In this document: positions 12,483 through 26,494 of the stretch, piece by piece | Numbering within the stretch: position 1 is the first letter of the stretch | How the letters are laid out: the number at the start of each line of letters is the position of its first letter | Origin: the human T2T-CHM13v2.0 reference genome, Homo sapiens | NCBI RefSeq assembly: GCF_009914755.1 | Contig: NC_060925.1 | Direction: 5' to 3' (one strand) | Length of the DNA: 64,000 bases | Position numbers and translations under genes: made by a program | The notes under the pieces: generated by a model | Told to the model about the DNA's origin: nothing | Database searches by the model: none | What the model saw: the letters and a program-made list of their open reading frames with translations, nothing else

Positions 12483-12859
12483 CTGGGACTTGGTTATTTC
12501 ATTTGTGAAATGAGAGAAATAATATATTCTTCCTTTGCATAGTTGTAAGAATTAAACATAATGCTAAAGTTTTTTTTATAAATTCTAAAAATATATACAC
12601 AACTTTCAGTTGTTTTTAGTATTTATCTATGACCCATTGGCCTAAGAAATTCAGAGTAGATTTTAAAAGGCAAGGCATTTAGAGTGAAACAACTAGGAAA
12701 CAGATTCAAAGTAACATGTAAGCAAATGCAGGCAATAGAAAATAAAAAATAAAAATAAGATAAAGTTAGTAATACTGGGCATATAGTGAAGTGTGCCCAG
12801 TACTTCACAACATGCCCAGTAAGCCATTCCTCATGTGAAGGAGGAAAAGAAAAACAGAA

Positions 12860-13060
12860 ATTCTATTTAGTGTCAGGAATTTTCAAAGACATAATCTTAT
12901 TTAATAACCCTAACAACTTTGCATGGGAGTGTTATTTTCCCTATTTTTACAGAGAAGAAAACTAAAGTTCAAAAATATGAAGAAATTGCCCCCAAGCCAC
13001 ACAGCTAGGGAGTGTTGGAGTTTAACTCAAACGTAGACTTTTCAGACTCCAAAATCCATT
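12860..13060 (-). mobile_element. MIR
   Basis: ttttacagagaagaaaactaaag...gccacacagctag core. Confidence 0.65.
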
Positions 13061-13146
13061 TTTCAGAGGAAGTAACTCTTGAGCTGTGTCCTGAAGAAAG
13101 AGAAAGATTGGCACAGTGCTGCATGGAAAACAAAGCCACACCAAAC

Positions 13147-13502
13147 TGCTATAATCTGAATATTTGTGTCCCTCTGAAATTCATGTATTGAAATTTAATC
13201 CTTGAATGTGATGGTATTAAGAGATGGAGACACTGGAAGGTGATTAGATCATGTGAGCTCTATTCTCATGAAGGGACTAGTGCCCTTATAAAGGAGGCTT
13301 GACGGAGCTATTTGGCCCTTCTCCCCTGTGAGGATACAGCAACAACACCTCATCTATGAGGAAGAGGTCCTTACCAGACACTGAACCTACTGGAACCTTG
13401 AGCTTGGATTTCACAGCCTCCAGAACTGTGAGCGATAAATATCTCTTAATAAATGACCCAGTCTAAGATATTTTGTTATAGTAGCAGGAATTGACTAAGA
13501 TA
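13147..13502 (+). mobile_element. Solo MLT1A0-like LTR (ERVL-MaLR)
   Basis: tgctataatctgaatatttgtgtcc start and gactaagata end; 5-bp TSD caaac (13142-13146 / 13503-13507). Confidence 0.85.
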
Positions 13503-13532
13503 CAAACCAAAACCATACCCAAACCTAGTCTA

Positions 13533-14001
13533 GCATATCACTCGGGGTCTGGCTGGAAATAGATGGCAAATTCAAATAAAATAATAAACAAAAAGAATTT
13601 AATAAATGGACTATTTACAAAGGTGTGAACAGAATTGGAAAACCAACCAGGGATAAGGAAGTACTGTAGCTCTAGCAACAGATGAAAGCTGTTATCTTTC
13701 TCCAATGGAGGTTGAGGCTCACCTAAGGCTCTATAAGCATGAAGTGCCATGGGGAGAGAGTAGTTACCAAAACCTGGAGAATGTAAATGTCGCTTTAAGA
13801 GAAAAGAAATAAAAATCTCAAACTCATTCTTTTCCCACCCTGTTATCTCCTCCTAGTGCCTCTCATTGGCACTCAACTGTAAGCCAGAATATAAGAGAAT
13901 TTGCTGATTAAGTCCATAAAAGTCAGCGTCATGGGGCACTAAGCAAGGTGGAAAAGAGAGAAGAATGGATCTAGAGGGACAAATGGAAAATATCTAAAAC
14001 A
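13533..14001 (-). mobile_element. LTR33-like ERVL LTR
   Basis: ggaaatagatggcaaattcaaa...atttaataaatggactatttacaaaggtgtg...ggatctagagggacaaatggaaaatatc resembles recalled LTR33. Confidence 0.55.
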
Positions 14002-14042
14002 CGGTGAATAGCCCAGTGGATATTTAGGTATCAACCATATTC

Positions 14043-14344
14043 TTTTTTTTTTTTTTTTTTTTGAGATGGAGTCGCACTCTGTTGCCCAGGCTGGAGTGCA
14101 GTGGCGCAATCTCAACTCACTGCAACTCTGCCTCCTGGGTTCAAGCCATTCTCCTGCCTCAGCCTCCCAAGTAGCTGGGACTACAGGCGTCCGCCACCAT
14201 GCCCAGCTAATTTTTTTTGTATTTTTAGTAGAGACAGGGTTTCACCATGTTATCCAGGATGGTCTCGATCTCCTGACCTCGTGATCCGCCTGCCTCGGCC
14301 TCCCAAAGTACTGGGATTACAGGCGTGAGCCACCGCGCCCGGCC
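14043..14344 (-). mobile_element. Full-length Alu (AluY/AluSc8-like)
   Basis: Dimeric Alu with poly(T); TSD gtatcaaccatattctt at 14028-14044 and 14346-14362. Confidence 0.96.
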
Positions 14345-15126
14345 AGTATCAACCATATTCTTAGAGGTAGACTCTTGCTATTACCAAACACTAAGACAAT
14401 GGAATGGCATACTTTATACTGAAGGTCAATGAATCTGAATAAGGAGTAGATGTAAAATCTCAAGTAGGAAGAAAATACATTGTTCAGGTTCTAAAGCCTA
14501 GAATTTGACCTTGTTATTGTCCTAATTTCTCAGGAAATATTTTTAAAAATACAATACACTAGACCATCTTAAAGTGTTGAATATCATGATCATTTTAGCA
14601 ATTACTTTCCAATATATTTTATACATAATTTTTCCTTACTACTGCATGGAGAAAGATGCCAGAAAAAAATATGTGTCTGAGAAAGTTAAAAGCCTTATAT
14701 AGTTAAAGTGCTATGCAAAATGAGATTTTATAGGTTAACAAACTTACTTCAATCATCCCAACTCCTTTGGAAATCTTCCAAATCTATGATAAATGTGCCT
14801 TTTTATTTTTTCTATGTGTGTATTGCAGATGGTGACCTAATCCTTTAATTTAACACTTGGTGGATGCTTGTTTGAAAGCCCCTATGCAGAGTAATAGTGA
14901 GGCAAAAATATTTAAAACACAGTCATTGCAGGAAGCTCACAGTCAAGCAAAGCTGCTGTTATTCTTGTTGTTTTATCTCGTTTATATAAGTAATTAATTG
15001 GATTTTAAAAGCCAGAAATTTATTTTTATTACTATTTTCACAATATTTACAATTTAAAGAAAATAGTATCACACAGTAGGCGTCAACTTTTGTTATGAAT
15101 GAAAAATGAAAAAAATGAATATTAAA

Positions 15127-16601
15127 TCTGACAAAGATTTTAATATTCAGGATAGATTCTAATATCCAGAAACGATATGGAACTTAAGCAAATCAAACAA
15201 GCAAACACTAATAATCCAATTAAAAAGTGGGCAAAGGACATGAACAGATACTTTTCGAAAGAATACATACAAGTGGCCCACAAACATGAAAAAATGCTCA
15301 ACATCACTAAACATTAGAGAAATGCAAATCAAAACCACAATAAGATACCATCTCACACCTGTCAGAATGGCTATGTATTAAAAAGTCATAAAATAACAGA
15401 TGCTGCCAAGGTTGTGGAGAAAAGGGAAAACATACACTGCTGGTGGGAATGTAAATTAAATTAGTTCAACCACTTTGGAAAGCAGTTTGAAGGTTTCTCA
15501 AAGGACCTAAAATACAACTGCCATTTGACCTAGCAATCCCATTGCTGGGTATAGACCCAAAGGAAAATGAATCCTTCTACCAAAAATACACATGCACCTT
15601 TATGGGCATTTGCAACACTATTCACAATAGCAAAAACATGGAATCAACTTAGATGCCCATCAGTGGTGGACTGGATAAAGAAAATGTACATATACATCAT
15701 GGAATACTACACAATCATAAAAAAGAATGAAATCATGTATTCTGCAGCAACATGGATGCAGCTGGAGGTCATTTTCCTAAGTGAATTAACTCAGTAACAA
15801 AAAACCAAATACTGCATGCTGTCACTTATAAGTGTGAGGTAAACACTAGGTACACATGGACACAAAGATGGGAACAACAGACACTGGAGACTACTAGATG
15901 GGGGAGGAAAAGAGTGGGGTAAGGGCTGAAAACTACCTATTGGGTACCACACTCAGTACCAGGTGACAGGATCATTCATACCCCAAACCTCAGCATCACA
16001 CAATATACCAATGTACCAAACCTGCACATGTATCACCTAAACCAGGGTTTCTCAACCTCCAGGCCATGGACCGGTACCAGGCCATTCCCTGTTAGGAACC
16101 AGGCCACACAGCAGGAGGTGAGCGGCAGGCAAGCGAGTGAAGCTTCATCTGTATTTACAGCTACTCACTATCACTCACATTACTGCCTGAGCTTTGCCTC
16201 CTGTCAGATCAGTGGCAGCATTAGATTCTCATAGGAGTACAAACCCTATTGTGAGCTGCATGTGCAGGGGATCTAGGTTATGAGAATCTAATGCCTTATG
16301 AGAATCTACTGCCTGATGATCTGTCACTGTCTCCCATCACCCCCAGATGGGACCATATAGTTGCAAGAAAACAAGTACAGGGCTTCCACTGATTCAATAT
16401 TATGGTGAGCTGCATAATTATTTCATTATGTATTACAACATAATAATAATAAAGTGTGCAATAAATGTAATGTGCTTGAATCATCCCAAAACCATCCCCC
16501 CATCCCAGTCCATAGAAAAACTGTCTTTCACAAAACTGGTCCCTGGTGCCAAAAAGCTTGGGGATTGCTGTCCTAAACCTAAAAGTTGAAATTTAAAAAA
16601 A
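15127..16601 (+). mobile_element. L1 3' end (L1PA16/L1PB-like), interrupted by MER1A
   Basis: ORF2 C-terminal peptide ([21 protein letters not shown]); the 3'UTR resumes after the MITE at 16571. Confidence 0.88.
16043..16570 (+). mobile_element. MER1A (hAT-Charlie non-autonomous DNA transposon)
   Basis: ~528 bp with cagggtttctcaacc / ttggggattgctg termini; 8-bp TSD acctaaac / tcctaaac. Confidence 0.88.
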
Positions 16602-16724
16602 GAATATTAGAATCACAGCATGTGAGAAATGGAAAATATGTTCTTTAATACTTGCTCCCTTTGTTCATGCTCTTTTTTTCTGTTTAGAACACACTTGTTT
16701 GCTATGATCTTGACAAACACATTT

Positions 16725-17362
16725 GGTAAAACTTGTATTAAAATACATCATATATGCATAAAATTGCACGAATTACAGATACATATCTTGATTTTTTAAA
16801 GAAACCCAGCACACCTGTATATGTACCCCTCATTTCAAGAAACAGAATATAAACAGCACTGCAGAGGCCTCTTTTTGGGCACTACCTTCCTGCCAAGGAT
16901 AACCACTATCCTGAATTTTAATACTATAGACTAGTTTTGTTGTTTCTAACTTTATATGAATGGAATCATATGGTATATACTCTTTTTTTCTGGCCCCCTT
17001 CTCTCAATATTGTTTTTGTGAGATTCTTCCATGTTGTTACATGTAGTTACTTACAGTTCACTCATTCTCAATGCTGTATGGTATTCCATGGTATGAGGTA
17101 ACACAATGTGTCAATTATATGATTTATAGCCATTTGAATAATTTCCAAAATTTGACTATGAAAAAAGTACCAGTAAAAATATTTTACATATCTTTGGAGA
17201 ATATTTGTATACATTACCGGGACTGAAAAACTGGCATTATATACAAGAGCAAAAGGCATATGTATGTTCCCTCTAGTAGTACTTTTATAGTATTTTTCCA
17301 AAAGCAGTTGTACCAATTTATACTCCCACCCACAGTGTATAAAAAGAATTCCAGTCCAACTC
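16725..17362 (-). mobile_element. Old L1M (L1MC/ME-type) 3' fragment
   Basis: Antisense L1M 3' motifs (aatggaatcatatggtatatactc, gttgtaccaatttatactcccacc). Confidence 0.7.
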
Positions 17363-18854
17363 ATTTTTCAAAATTCAGTTTAAGATTGGTTATGTCCTTT
17401 TGGAAGCATTTCCTGATCACTCTAGTTCATTAGTTACCATTCACTTGTGCTACTACACTATACTCCCATCTTTGCATACCTCTTTTATGTAACTGTTTTA
17501 TATTACATTTTTTTCTGTATCAACCTTAAGGTGTACAAGTGCCTCAAGGGCAGAAAGTATATTTTATTCATATTAGCACTCCTAGTAAGGTCTGGCACAA
17601 AACAGACACTGAGAAAACATTTGTATAATAAATGAGTGATTTACACCATTTAATCACACTCCCTTGTTTTTTATATAAGAAAATTGAGATATAGAACAAT
17701 TTAGTACCTTGAGAGAAGCCACCCAACACATCAGTAACACAGTAGCACTTCTGGGGTTAACAGTCCAAATCTTATACATCCTAATCTATAGCTCTTTTCA
17801 CTGCATTATGATGCTTCCCATAAAAATCTTACTCTGACAATAAACCTACATAGAAGTTTGGCTGTATTTCTGTCTTCCAAAGGAGAGGGCAAAGGAGGCA
17901 GTATAAATCTCCTGACAGACTGATGACAAGGTCATGGAACTTGTCTATATGCTAGAACAGAAAACTCAGCTAGAAAAGAGAATATACTTCAGGACAAACA
18001 ATTATGGAAGGGACAAAATGGTTTAAAAGAGCACTGGGAAATACATCTTAAATTCACAGATCCAAATTTTCCAAAAGGTTGGAGAGATGATCTCAATTTA
18101 TAAATCACATAAAATGTTCTGAATTATTGGATGGTAAGGTATCTGATTTTAAAGGATTATATAGAAATATGAAGAGATGAGACAGCTGCCAGATATGCCG
18201 ACAGTTTGTAGTTAATTCCTGATGTTAGAGAACTCTGCCAAATAATCTTCTCATACAGAGATTTATGTTGAATTTCATAAAGCACCAAAGCAAATATACT
18301 GAGAAAAAAAATGGATAAAAGAGTCATAGCCGAATGAACACAGTATCAACACAATTCAAAAGGAAAGGGCACTTGGAGCATTTGGGTTCTCTCTGGGTCA
18401 ATCAGAATCCTTTTGTAGATTATTTAAATTATTTAGATCCAAGTCATTTAAATCAATAAATCCTCTTAATACTACCTATGTGCAAAGCACTATGGAGGAT
18501 ACAAGGAAATATGGCACTTTTAATGACACTTTTCCTGATCTCAAATCTTCAATGGATCTCCCTTAGCTAGAAAAGAAAAGCTCCCACTATTTAGCTGGGC
18601 ACACAATGTATTCACTGTAGCCTATTCCTCATCTTACCACTCACATAGTCTATTTTCTCTCCAAAATTAAACTGTTATTTCTTTACATACCCTTTTATAT
18701 CCTATTTCACTGCCTTTGATCATGCTCTTTCTCGAGGAGAAAAGGTGGTGGGAAGGAGGAATATATGTAAAGTAGTACCACCATGTGCCAGGCATTGTGT
18801 CATATACTTCATATTCTTTATATCATTTAATCTTCACATCAATTCTCTTAGACG

Positions 18855-20175
18855 TAATCAAGTCACAAGCTTTAGCTCACCATTCTACTGAAACTGCTTG
18901 TGTCAAGATCCCCAACATCCTCCACATTTCTAAACCTATAATCAATCCACATCCCTCAATTTACTTGACCTAAAAGCAGGCTTTGGCACAGTAGATCACT
19001 CTGTTCTCCTTGAAACATTTTCTTCATTTGGTTTTACTATATTATACTGTTCTGGTTTTCCTCTGGCTTTACTGGCTGCTCTTTCTCAAAAATCTTTTGT
19101 AGGATTCTTTGATCTCTAAATATATTCTCCTCAGGGCTCAGTCCTTGCACATTTTATCTTCTGAAAATACACTCACTTTTCTGGTAAGCTCCTCAACCAG
19201 TCACATGGCTTTGAATACCATAGGTGTACATTGATGGCTTCCAATTTATAACTCAGCTCAAATGTTTCCTTGAACTCCAGACTCACTTATCCAACTGCCT
19301 ATTCAATATCTTTACTTAGATGTCTAATAAGTATCCCAAACTAGACATATCCAAAACCTAGGCTCCTTATCTTTCCTCTCAAACTTGCTTCTTATGAGTC
19401 TTTCCTATTTCATTAGCAGCAATTTCATGACACCAGAGGTTCAGATAAAAAACTTTGATGCCATCCTTGACTCATTTCATTATCTCACACCCAAATCCAA
19501 TCAACGAATCTATTGGTTATACTGCCAAATATTCCCAGAATCTCTACTCATCACCTCCACTGGTACTATCCGGTTCAAACCACCATAATCTCTTGTCAGG
19601 ATTATTTCAATTGCTTCCTAACTGGCTACTCTGTTTCTATTTATTCTTCTATTGTACATTTTCTACATAGAGGGCAATTCATGTAAATCAGATGGTGCCA
19701 CTCCAGGATTCACAACTCTCCAATATTTTTTCCATTTCAGCCATTGTAAGCGCTTACATTGGCCCAGAAGTCCCAACATGATCTTGACTCTATTACCTCT
19801 TTAGCCTCATCTTCCATTAATATTTCCCTCACTCACTCTGTTTCAGCTATACTGCCCTCCTTGCTTTCCTAAAATACGTATGTCAGTCATGCTATCACTC
19901 AAGACTTTTGCCCCTGTGTCTTCTGCTTCATATGCTCTGCCCTCAGATAGCCCTGCAGGTGGTTCATCTTCAGATATTTGCACAAGTTCCACCTTCTCAG
20001 TGAGATATTCCCTGTATACACTATTTAAAAAGTGTAATCTCCATCCCTATACCCTCTAGTCCTCTTACTGGACTATTATTCTCCATAGCACTTTTTACCA
20101 TCTTACATGTTTTACTTAATTATTAATATTTGTATACTGTCTTCTTTCCCCACTAGAATGTAAACTCCATGAGAC
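18855..20175 (+). mobile_element. L2a 3' region including decayed RT
   Basis: ttctactgaaactgcttgtgtcaagatc, cctcagggctcagtccttg and ccactagaatgtaaactccatgag are typical L2 motifs. Confidence 0.8.
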
Positions 20176-20504
20176 AAAATACAGGCTTGTGTGATTCTAA
20201 AGTTTATGTTCTTACAACAACAAAAATTGCCTAAAATGTTCTGTTATCCTACTTCCATATCTACATGTATAACCTGTACCTTGACTTTAAAGTCCAGGCC
20301 AATAGTGCCCTTATCATAGTACCTATCACATGATGTGCACTCAGAAAATATTTGATAAATGAGTCATATTTAGTCTTTGTCTTCATTCACTTTATAATGT
20401 AGCTACAGGTACAGATAAAAACAACAGGAGATAAGAAAGAAAGATGTTATCGGTATACAATTTTTGCTAAATAATAGACAGTCCAGTTTGACAGACCAAG
20501 GTTT

Positions 20505-21046
20505 CGGTTTTGTTTTGTTTTGTTTTGTTTTTCATATTACACTTTAAGCTCTGGAATACATGTGCAGAACATGCAGGTTTGTTACATAGGTATACATGTG
20601 CCATGGCAGTTTGCTGAACCCATCAACCCGTCTTCTACATTCAGAATTTCTCCTAATGCTATCCCTCCCCCAGCCTCCCAACACCCGACACGCCCTGGTG
20701 TGTGATGTTCCCCTCCCTGTGTCCATGTGTTCTCGTTGTTCAACTCCCACTTATGAGTGAGAACATGTGGTGTTTGGTTTTCTGTTCTTCTGTTAGTTTG
20801 CTGAGAATTATGGTTTCCAGCTTCATCCATATCCCTGCAAAGAACATGAACTCATCCTTTTTTATGGCTGGATAGTATTCCACGGTATACCTGTGCCACA
20901 TTTTCTTTCTCCAGTCTATCATTAATGGGCATTTGAGTTGGTTCCAAGTCTTTGCTACTGCAAACAGTGCTGCAATAAACATGTGTGGATGTGCCTTTAC
21001 AGGAGAATGATGTATAATCCTTTGGGTATATGCTCAGTAATGGGAT
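20505..21046 (-). mobile_element. 3' (non-inverted) part of a twin-primed L1PA7/8-like element; element is on the minus strand
   Basis: (TTTTG)n tail, 3'UTR, and ORF2 end peptide MFIAALFAVAKTWNQLK on the minus strand. Confidence 0.95.
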
Positions 21047-23267
21047 AAATTCCTGGACACAAACACCCTCCCAAGACTAAACCAGGAAGAAGTCGAATCC
21101 CTAAATAGACCAATAACAAATTCTGAAATTGAGGCAGTAATTAATAGCCTACTAACCAAAAAAGCCCAGGACCAGACAGATTCACAGGCAAATTCTACCA
21201 GAGGTACAAAGAGGAGGTGGTACCATTCCTTCTAAAACTATTCCAAACAATAGAAAAAGAGGGATTCCTCCCTAATTCATTTTATGAGGCCAGCATCATC
21301 CTGATACCAAAAGCTGGCAGAGACACAACAACAAAAAAAGAGTATTTCAGGCCAATATACCTGATGAACATCAATGCAAAAATCCTCAATAAAATACTGG
21401 CAAATCAAATCCAGCAACACATCAAAAAGTTTATCCACCATGATCAAGTTGGCTTCATCCCTGGGATGCAAGGCTGGTTCAACGTATGCAAATCAATAAA
21501 CGTAATACATCACATAAACAGAAGCAATGACAAAAATACATGATTATCTCAATAGATGCAAAAATACCTTCGATAAAATTCAACACCGCTTCATGCTAAA
21601 AATTCTCAATAAACTAGGTATTGATGGAACATATCTCAAAATAATAAGAGCTATTTATGAAAAACCCACAGCCAATATCATACTGAATGGGCAAAACCTG
21701 GAAGCATTCCCTTCGAAAACTGGCAAAAGACAAGGAAGCCCTCTCTCACCACTCCTATTCAACATAGAACTGGAAGTTCTGGTCAGGGCAATCAGGCAAG
21801 AGAAAGAAATAAAGGGTATTCAAATAAGAAGAGAGGAAGTCAAATTGTCTCTGTTTGCAGATGACATGATAATATATTTAGAAAACTCCATCGTCTCAGC
21901 CAAAAATCTTCTTAAGCTGATAAGCAACTTCAGCAAAGTCTCAGGATACAAAACCAATGTGCAAAAACCACAAGCATTCCTATACACCAATAATAGGCAA
22001 ACAGAGAGCCAAATCATCAGTGAACTCCCATTCACAATTGCTACAAAGAGAATAAAATACCTAGGAATCCAACTTACAAGGGATGTGAAGGACCTCTTCA
22101 AGGAGAACTACAAACCACTGCTCAAGGAAATAAGAGAGGACACAATCAAATGGAAAAACATTCCATTCTCATTGATAGGAAGAATCAATATCGTGAAAAT
22201 GGCCATAGTGCCCAAAGTAATTTATAGATTCAATGCTATCTCCATCAAGCTACCATTGACTTTCTTCACAGAATTAGAGAATACTACTTTAAATTACATA
22301 TGGAACCAAAAAAGAGTCTGTATAGCGAAGACAATCCTAAGCTAAAAAAAACAAAGCTGGAGGCATCACACTACCTGACTTCAAACTATATTAAAAGACT
22401 ACAGTAACCCAAACAGCATGGTACTGGTACCAAAACAGATGTATAGATCAATGGAACAGAACAGAGGCCTCAGAAATAACACCACACATCTACAACCATC
22501 TGATCTGCGACAAACCTGACAAAAACAAGCAATGGGGAAAGGATTCCCTATTTAATAAATGGTTTTGGGAAAACTGACTAGCCACATGCAGAAAACTGAA
22601 ACTGGACCCCTTCCCTACATCTTATACAAAAATTAATTCAAGATGGGTTAGAGACTTAAACCTAAGACCTAAAACCATAAAAACCCTAGAAGAACACCTA
22701 GGCAATACCATTCAGGACATAAGCATGGGCAAAGACTTCATTACTAAAACACCAAAAGCAATGGCAACAAAAGCCAAAATAGAAAAATGGGATCTAATTA
22801 AACTAAAGAGCTTCTACACAGCAAAAGAAACTATTACTAGAGTGAACAGGCAACCTGCAGAATGGGAGAAAAATCTTGCAATCTATCCATCTGACAAAGG
22901 GCTAATATCCAGAATCTACAAAGAACTTAAATTTACAAGAAAAAAACAAACCACCCCATCAAAAATGGGCAAAGGATATGAACAGACATTTCTCAAAAGA
23001 AGACATTCATGTGGCCAACAAACATATGAAAAAAAAGCTCATCATCACTGGTCATTACAGAAATACATATCAAAAGCACAATGAGATACCATCTCATGCC
23101 ATTTAGAATGGTGATCATTAAAAAGTCAGGAAATAACAGATGCTAGAGGGGATGTGGAGAAACAGGAATGCTTTTACACTGTTGCTGGGAGTGTCAATTA
23201 GTTCAACCACTGCGGAAGACAATATGGTGATTCTTCAAGGACCTAGAACCAAAAATACCATTTGACC
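21043..23267 (+). mobile_element. Inverted part of the same L1 (ORF2 RT to C-terminal region, disrupted)
   Basis: ORFs 21217, 21527 (LFADDM RT motif) and 22725; TSD gaccaaggttt at 20494-20504 and 23264-23274. Confidence 0.95.
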
Positions 23268-23790
23268 AAGGTTTTGAATTATATTATGTATATAACCTTG
23301 GAAAAGGAAAAGTTTGCTCAGGTTCACTTTTCACACCTATATATGAGGAAAATCGTAACTACCTATCACACAGTGCAAGGATTAAACAAAATAATAAATA
23401 TAAATCACCCAGTCAAGTGCCTGGTGAATAACAGGTCAATATTAGGTCCCTTCTCCCTAAAATTTAATAGTAGAAAGTACACATGCTAAGGATAATTTAA
23501 ATATTTTTACTTTTATGTAACCAAATCAACCTTTTTTTTTTCAAAATTACTTGATTAAGTTATTTTCTGTATCAGAGTTATAGCATTAAGCCAAAACCTT
23601 GTAGGTAATTACAATGTTATCTAGATACATTGTTAATAGTTTGGACAACCCATTATTTTACTGCCTACAAAGCTAGTGCTCTAGCACCAAAATGACATGT
23701 TTGCAGTAACATTTATATGAATGTTGTCTATTCCCAAAGCACCCCATGCCACGCCAGAATGACAAAATTTTTTCACTTCTTTTATCTAGG

Positions 23791-24379
23791 TGTTAGAAAT
23801 GCTTGTTCCTTTGTGCCGTAAAGAAATAGTACTTGAACATAAATTTAATTTCCTCAACAAGGCCATTTTTACTTTCTGCAGAAAGGGTACACTCACCAGC
23901 AGTTTGGCCATGAGAGTACACCCAACAAAGGAGACAGGGTCATTTATAACTTGATGCGTCCACACTACTGCTGTGTCCGGTTTCCATTGGCTGGAACGGG
24001 AACTCACATTCTGTATTTGTCCCGATTGGCTATCAAACTAGAACTTTTTAAAAGAGGCAAAGGCAGAGGAGAACAAAGGAAGGAGGAAGTAACTTGTGGA
24101 ATGCTGAGAAAGGTAAAAACACCTTCAAATAAGGAAGAGGAACAGGCTATGACCTAATGCTTGCTTGGACCACTATAAGCATGCCAGGCCAAATATTTAG
24201 GCTAAATTGTGGGAGCTAAGAACATAAAGTACATTGATTTCTTTATTACAGCTAGCAGATAATTAAGAATATTAGCACAGGTCTTTGAATAAATTTTGCT
24301 TCTAAGAGAAGTTACTATTTATTCCTAATTAGATGGGGAGGAAAGTCTTTGAAGAGGAACCTCTACTTTACTTTTTACA
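23791..24379 (-). mobile_element. Solo LTR10C (ERV1 class)
   Basis: 589 bp with TG...CA ends; minus strand starts TGTAAAAAGTAAAGTAGAGGTTCC as in recalled LTR10C; 4-bp TSD tagg (23787-23790 / 24380-24383). Confidence 0.85.
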
Positions 24380-24879
24380 TAGGCAGTTGCCCCCAGGTTT
24401 CTAGGGGCACCACATTTGCCTTTCCTACATGTCAGGGCACATTAACCACTCCAAGGTATGATACAATCTGTGTGTGGATTTCACAGTTTCAGTTTGACTG
24501 CACAGAATTCCTTCTCCTGTCTCTGTTAGTAATTGACTGCCAAGAGGACAGAGATTTGGAAACTAATAAAAGGCACATTACTGTTCTCTTCAGTCCTTTA
24601 TACTCTTTCTCCATCTGTCACATTCTCATCAAACTATCTGTATCCTGAATGGAAAAGACTCAAGAAATGCCACTAATGAATCTAGAAGTATTGCTAGATC
24701 CAAGTCCCATTGAACCTCTAGGATGTGAAGGATTTATTTTACTTACTATGTGGCTTGCTGAAGCAATGTCAAGTTTGATTCTGTAAGTCATATTGTTATT
24801 CTGGTAGTCTTTCCTCTGGTAGCTATGTGATTTTTAAGCATTCTTAACCTACCACTCCACAGTGTAGCCAGACTTAAGT

Positions 24880-25450
<571 letters not shown>

Positions 25451-26494
25451 ATCTTTGTTATGATTATCTTCAATTGCCATGATATTTTGTGCTTCATTCC
25501 CTTTGCTTATGCTATTCCTTTTGTTTTGAATTCCATTCCTCTTTTCATCTTATGAATTCTTTTTTATGCTCCTGATCCAGTTCAAATGCAACCCCCTTGG
25601 TGATATCTTTTCAGATTCCTATTTCTCCCCACTCAATTCCTCTGCAGTATTTCAGGTCAAATACAGATTCGCAGGAAAAAACCACACACACACTCTCTCT
25701 CTCAAATTAGATTATATTACTGATTTAATTACTGAAGGATACAGAAACTTAGTTTAAGTGCAGAGACCATACAGGGAAAGAGAAATAGATGCAACATATA
25801 CTTGTCAGCTCTTCCTTGGCCTGTGGTTTCCTAAGAAGTTATGCAGCTGCTGGTGATCGCTCCACAAAGGTTTGGAATTGCCCGAAGTGAGAAAACATAC
25901 AAATTATTGCTGCTTTGCTGTCTCTGCCCTTTTTTTATGCATGGTTTTCATTACCATGTTGGAAGAATTTACCTTAAAAATGTAATCATTTCCATTATAA
26001 GGAAATTTTTACAAACACTGAGATTCCTTGATTCTAAAACCAAAATCAGCTTCAGAAAGCAGTATTTAGATTCAGATATCTCCAAACAATATCTATATCA
26101 AGTCTCTCAGATGCTTCTTCTTTCCTGGCATTTTAACCCTTTAATTTAACTACCCTTTTATCTGTTTGCTCACTGAGTCTAGCAGGTTGATTAAATTTTA
26201 AACATTAATAGTACTAATGCCTCAAATTTACAAGGTCCTTTTACCCGGATGGTTCTGCTACTAAATTTGGTCCAAAGACCAAGACTATAAATCCATTTCC
26301 CCTGAACATTCCAGTTAAATTCTGTGGTCTCATTACAATCTGACAAACCAAAAATACAGTGTTGTGAAATGAGAATGCAATTGTTTATATGACATAGATT
26401 ATGTAAGTGTCAATTAGCTGGATTGTGAGCTCCTCAAGGTCAAGGACTAGGACTACCACTTTTAAACACCATATCCCTTGTGCAGGGCCTAAAG

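Noticed and set aside
14066-14328. ORFs such as [13 protein letters not shown] (also at 25107, 35473, 39994, 58599)
   Set aside because: Antisense Alu translations, not genes.
16278-16315. 18-bp tandem duplication in MER1A; 40-bp-period repeat at 44644-44712
   Set aside because: Ordinary small slippage duplications.
25640-26150. Possibly LTR-derived sequence (also 35100-35450 and 41525-41920)
   Set aside because: I could not assign termini, a TSD or a family with any confidence.
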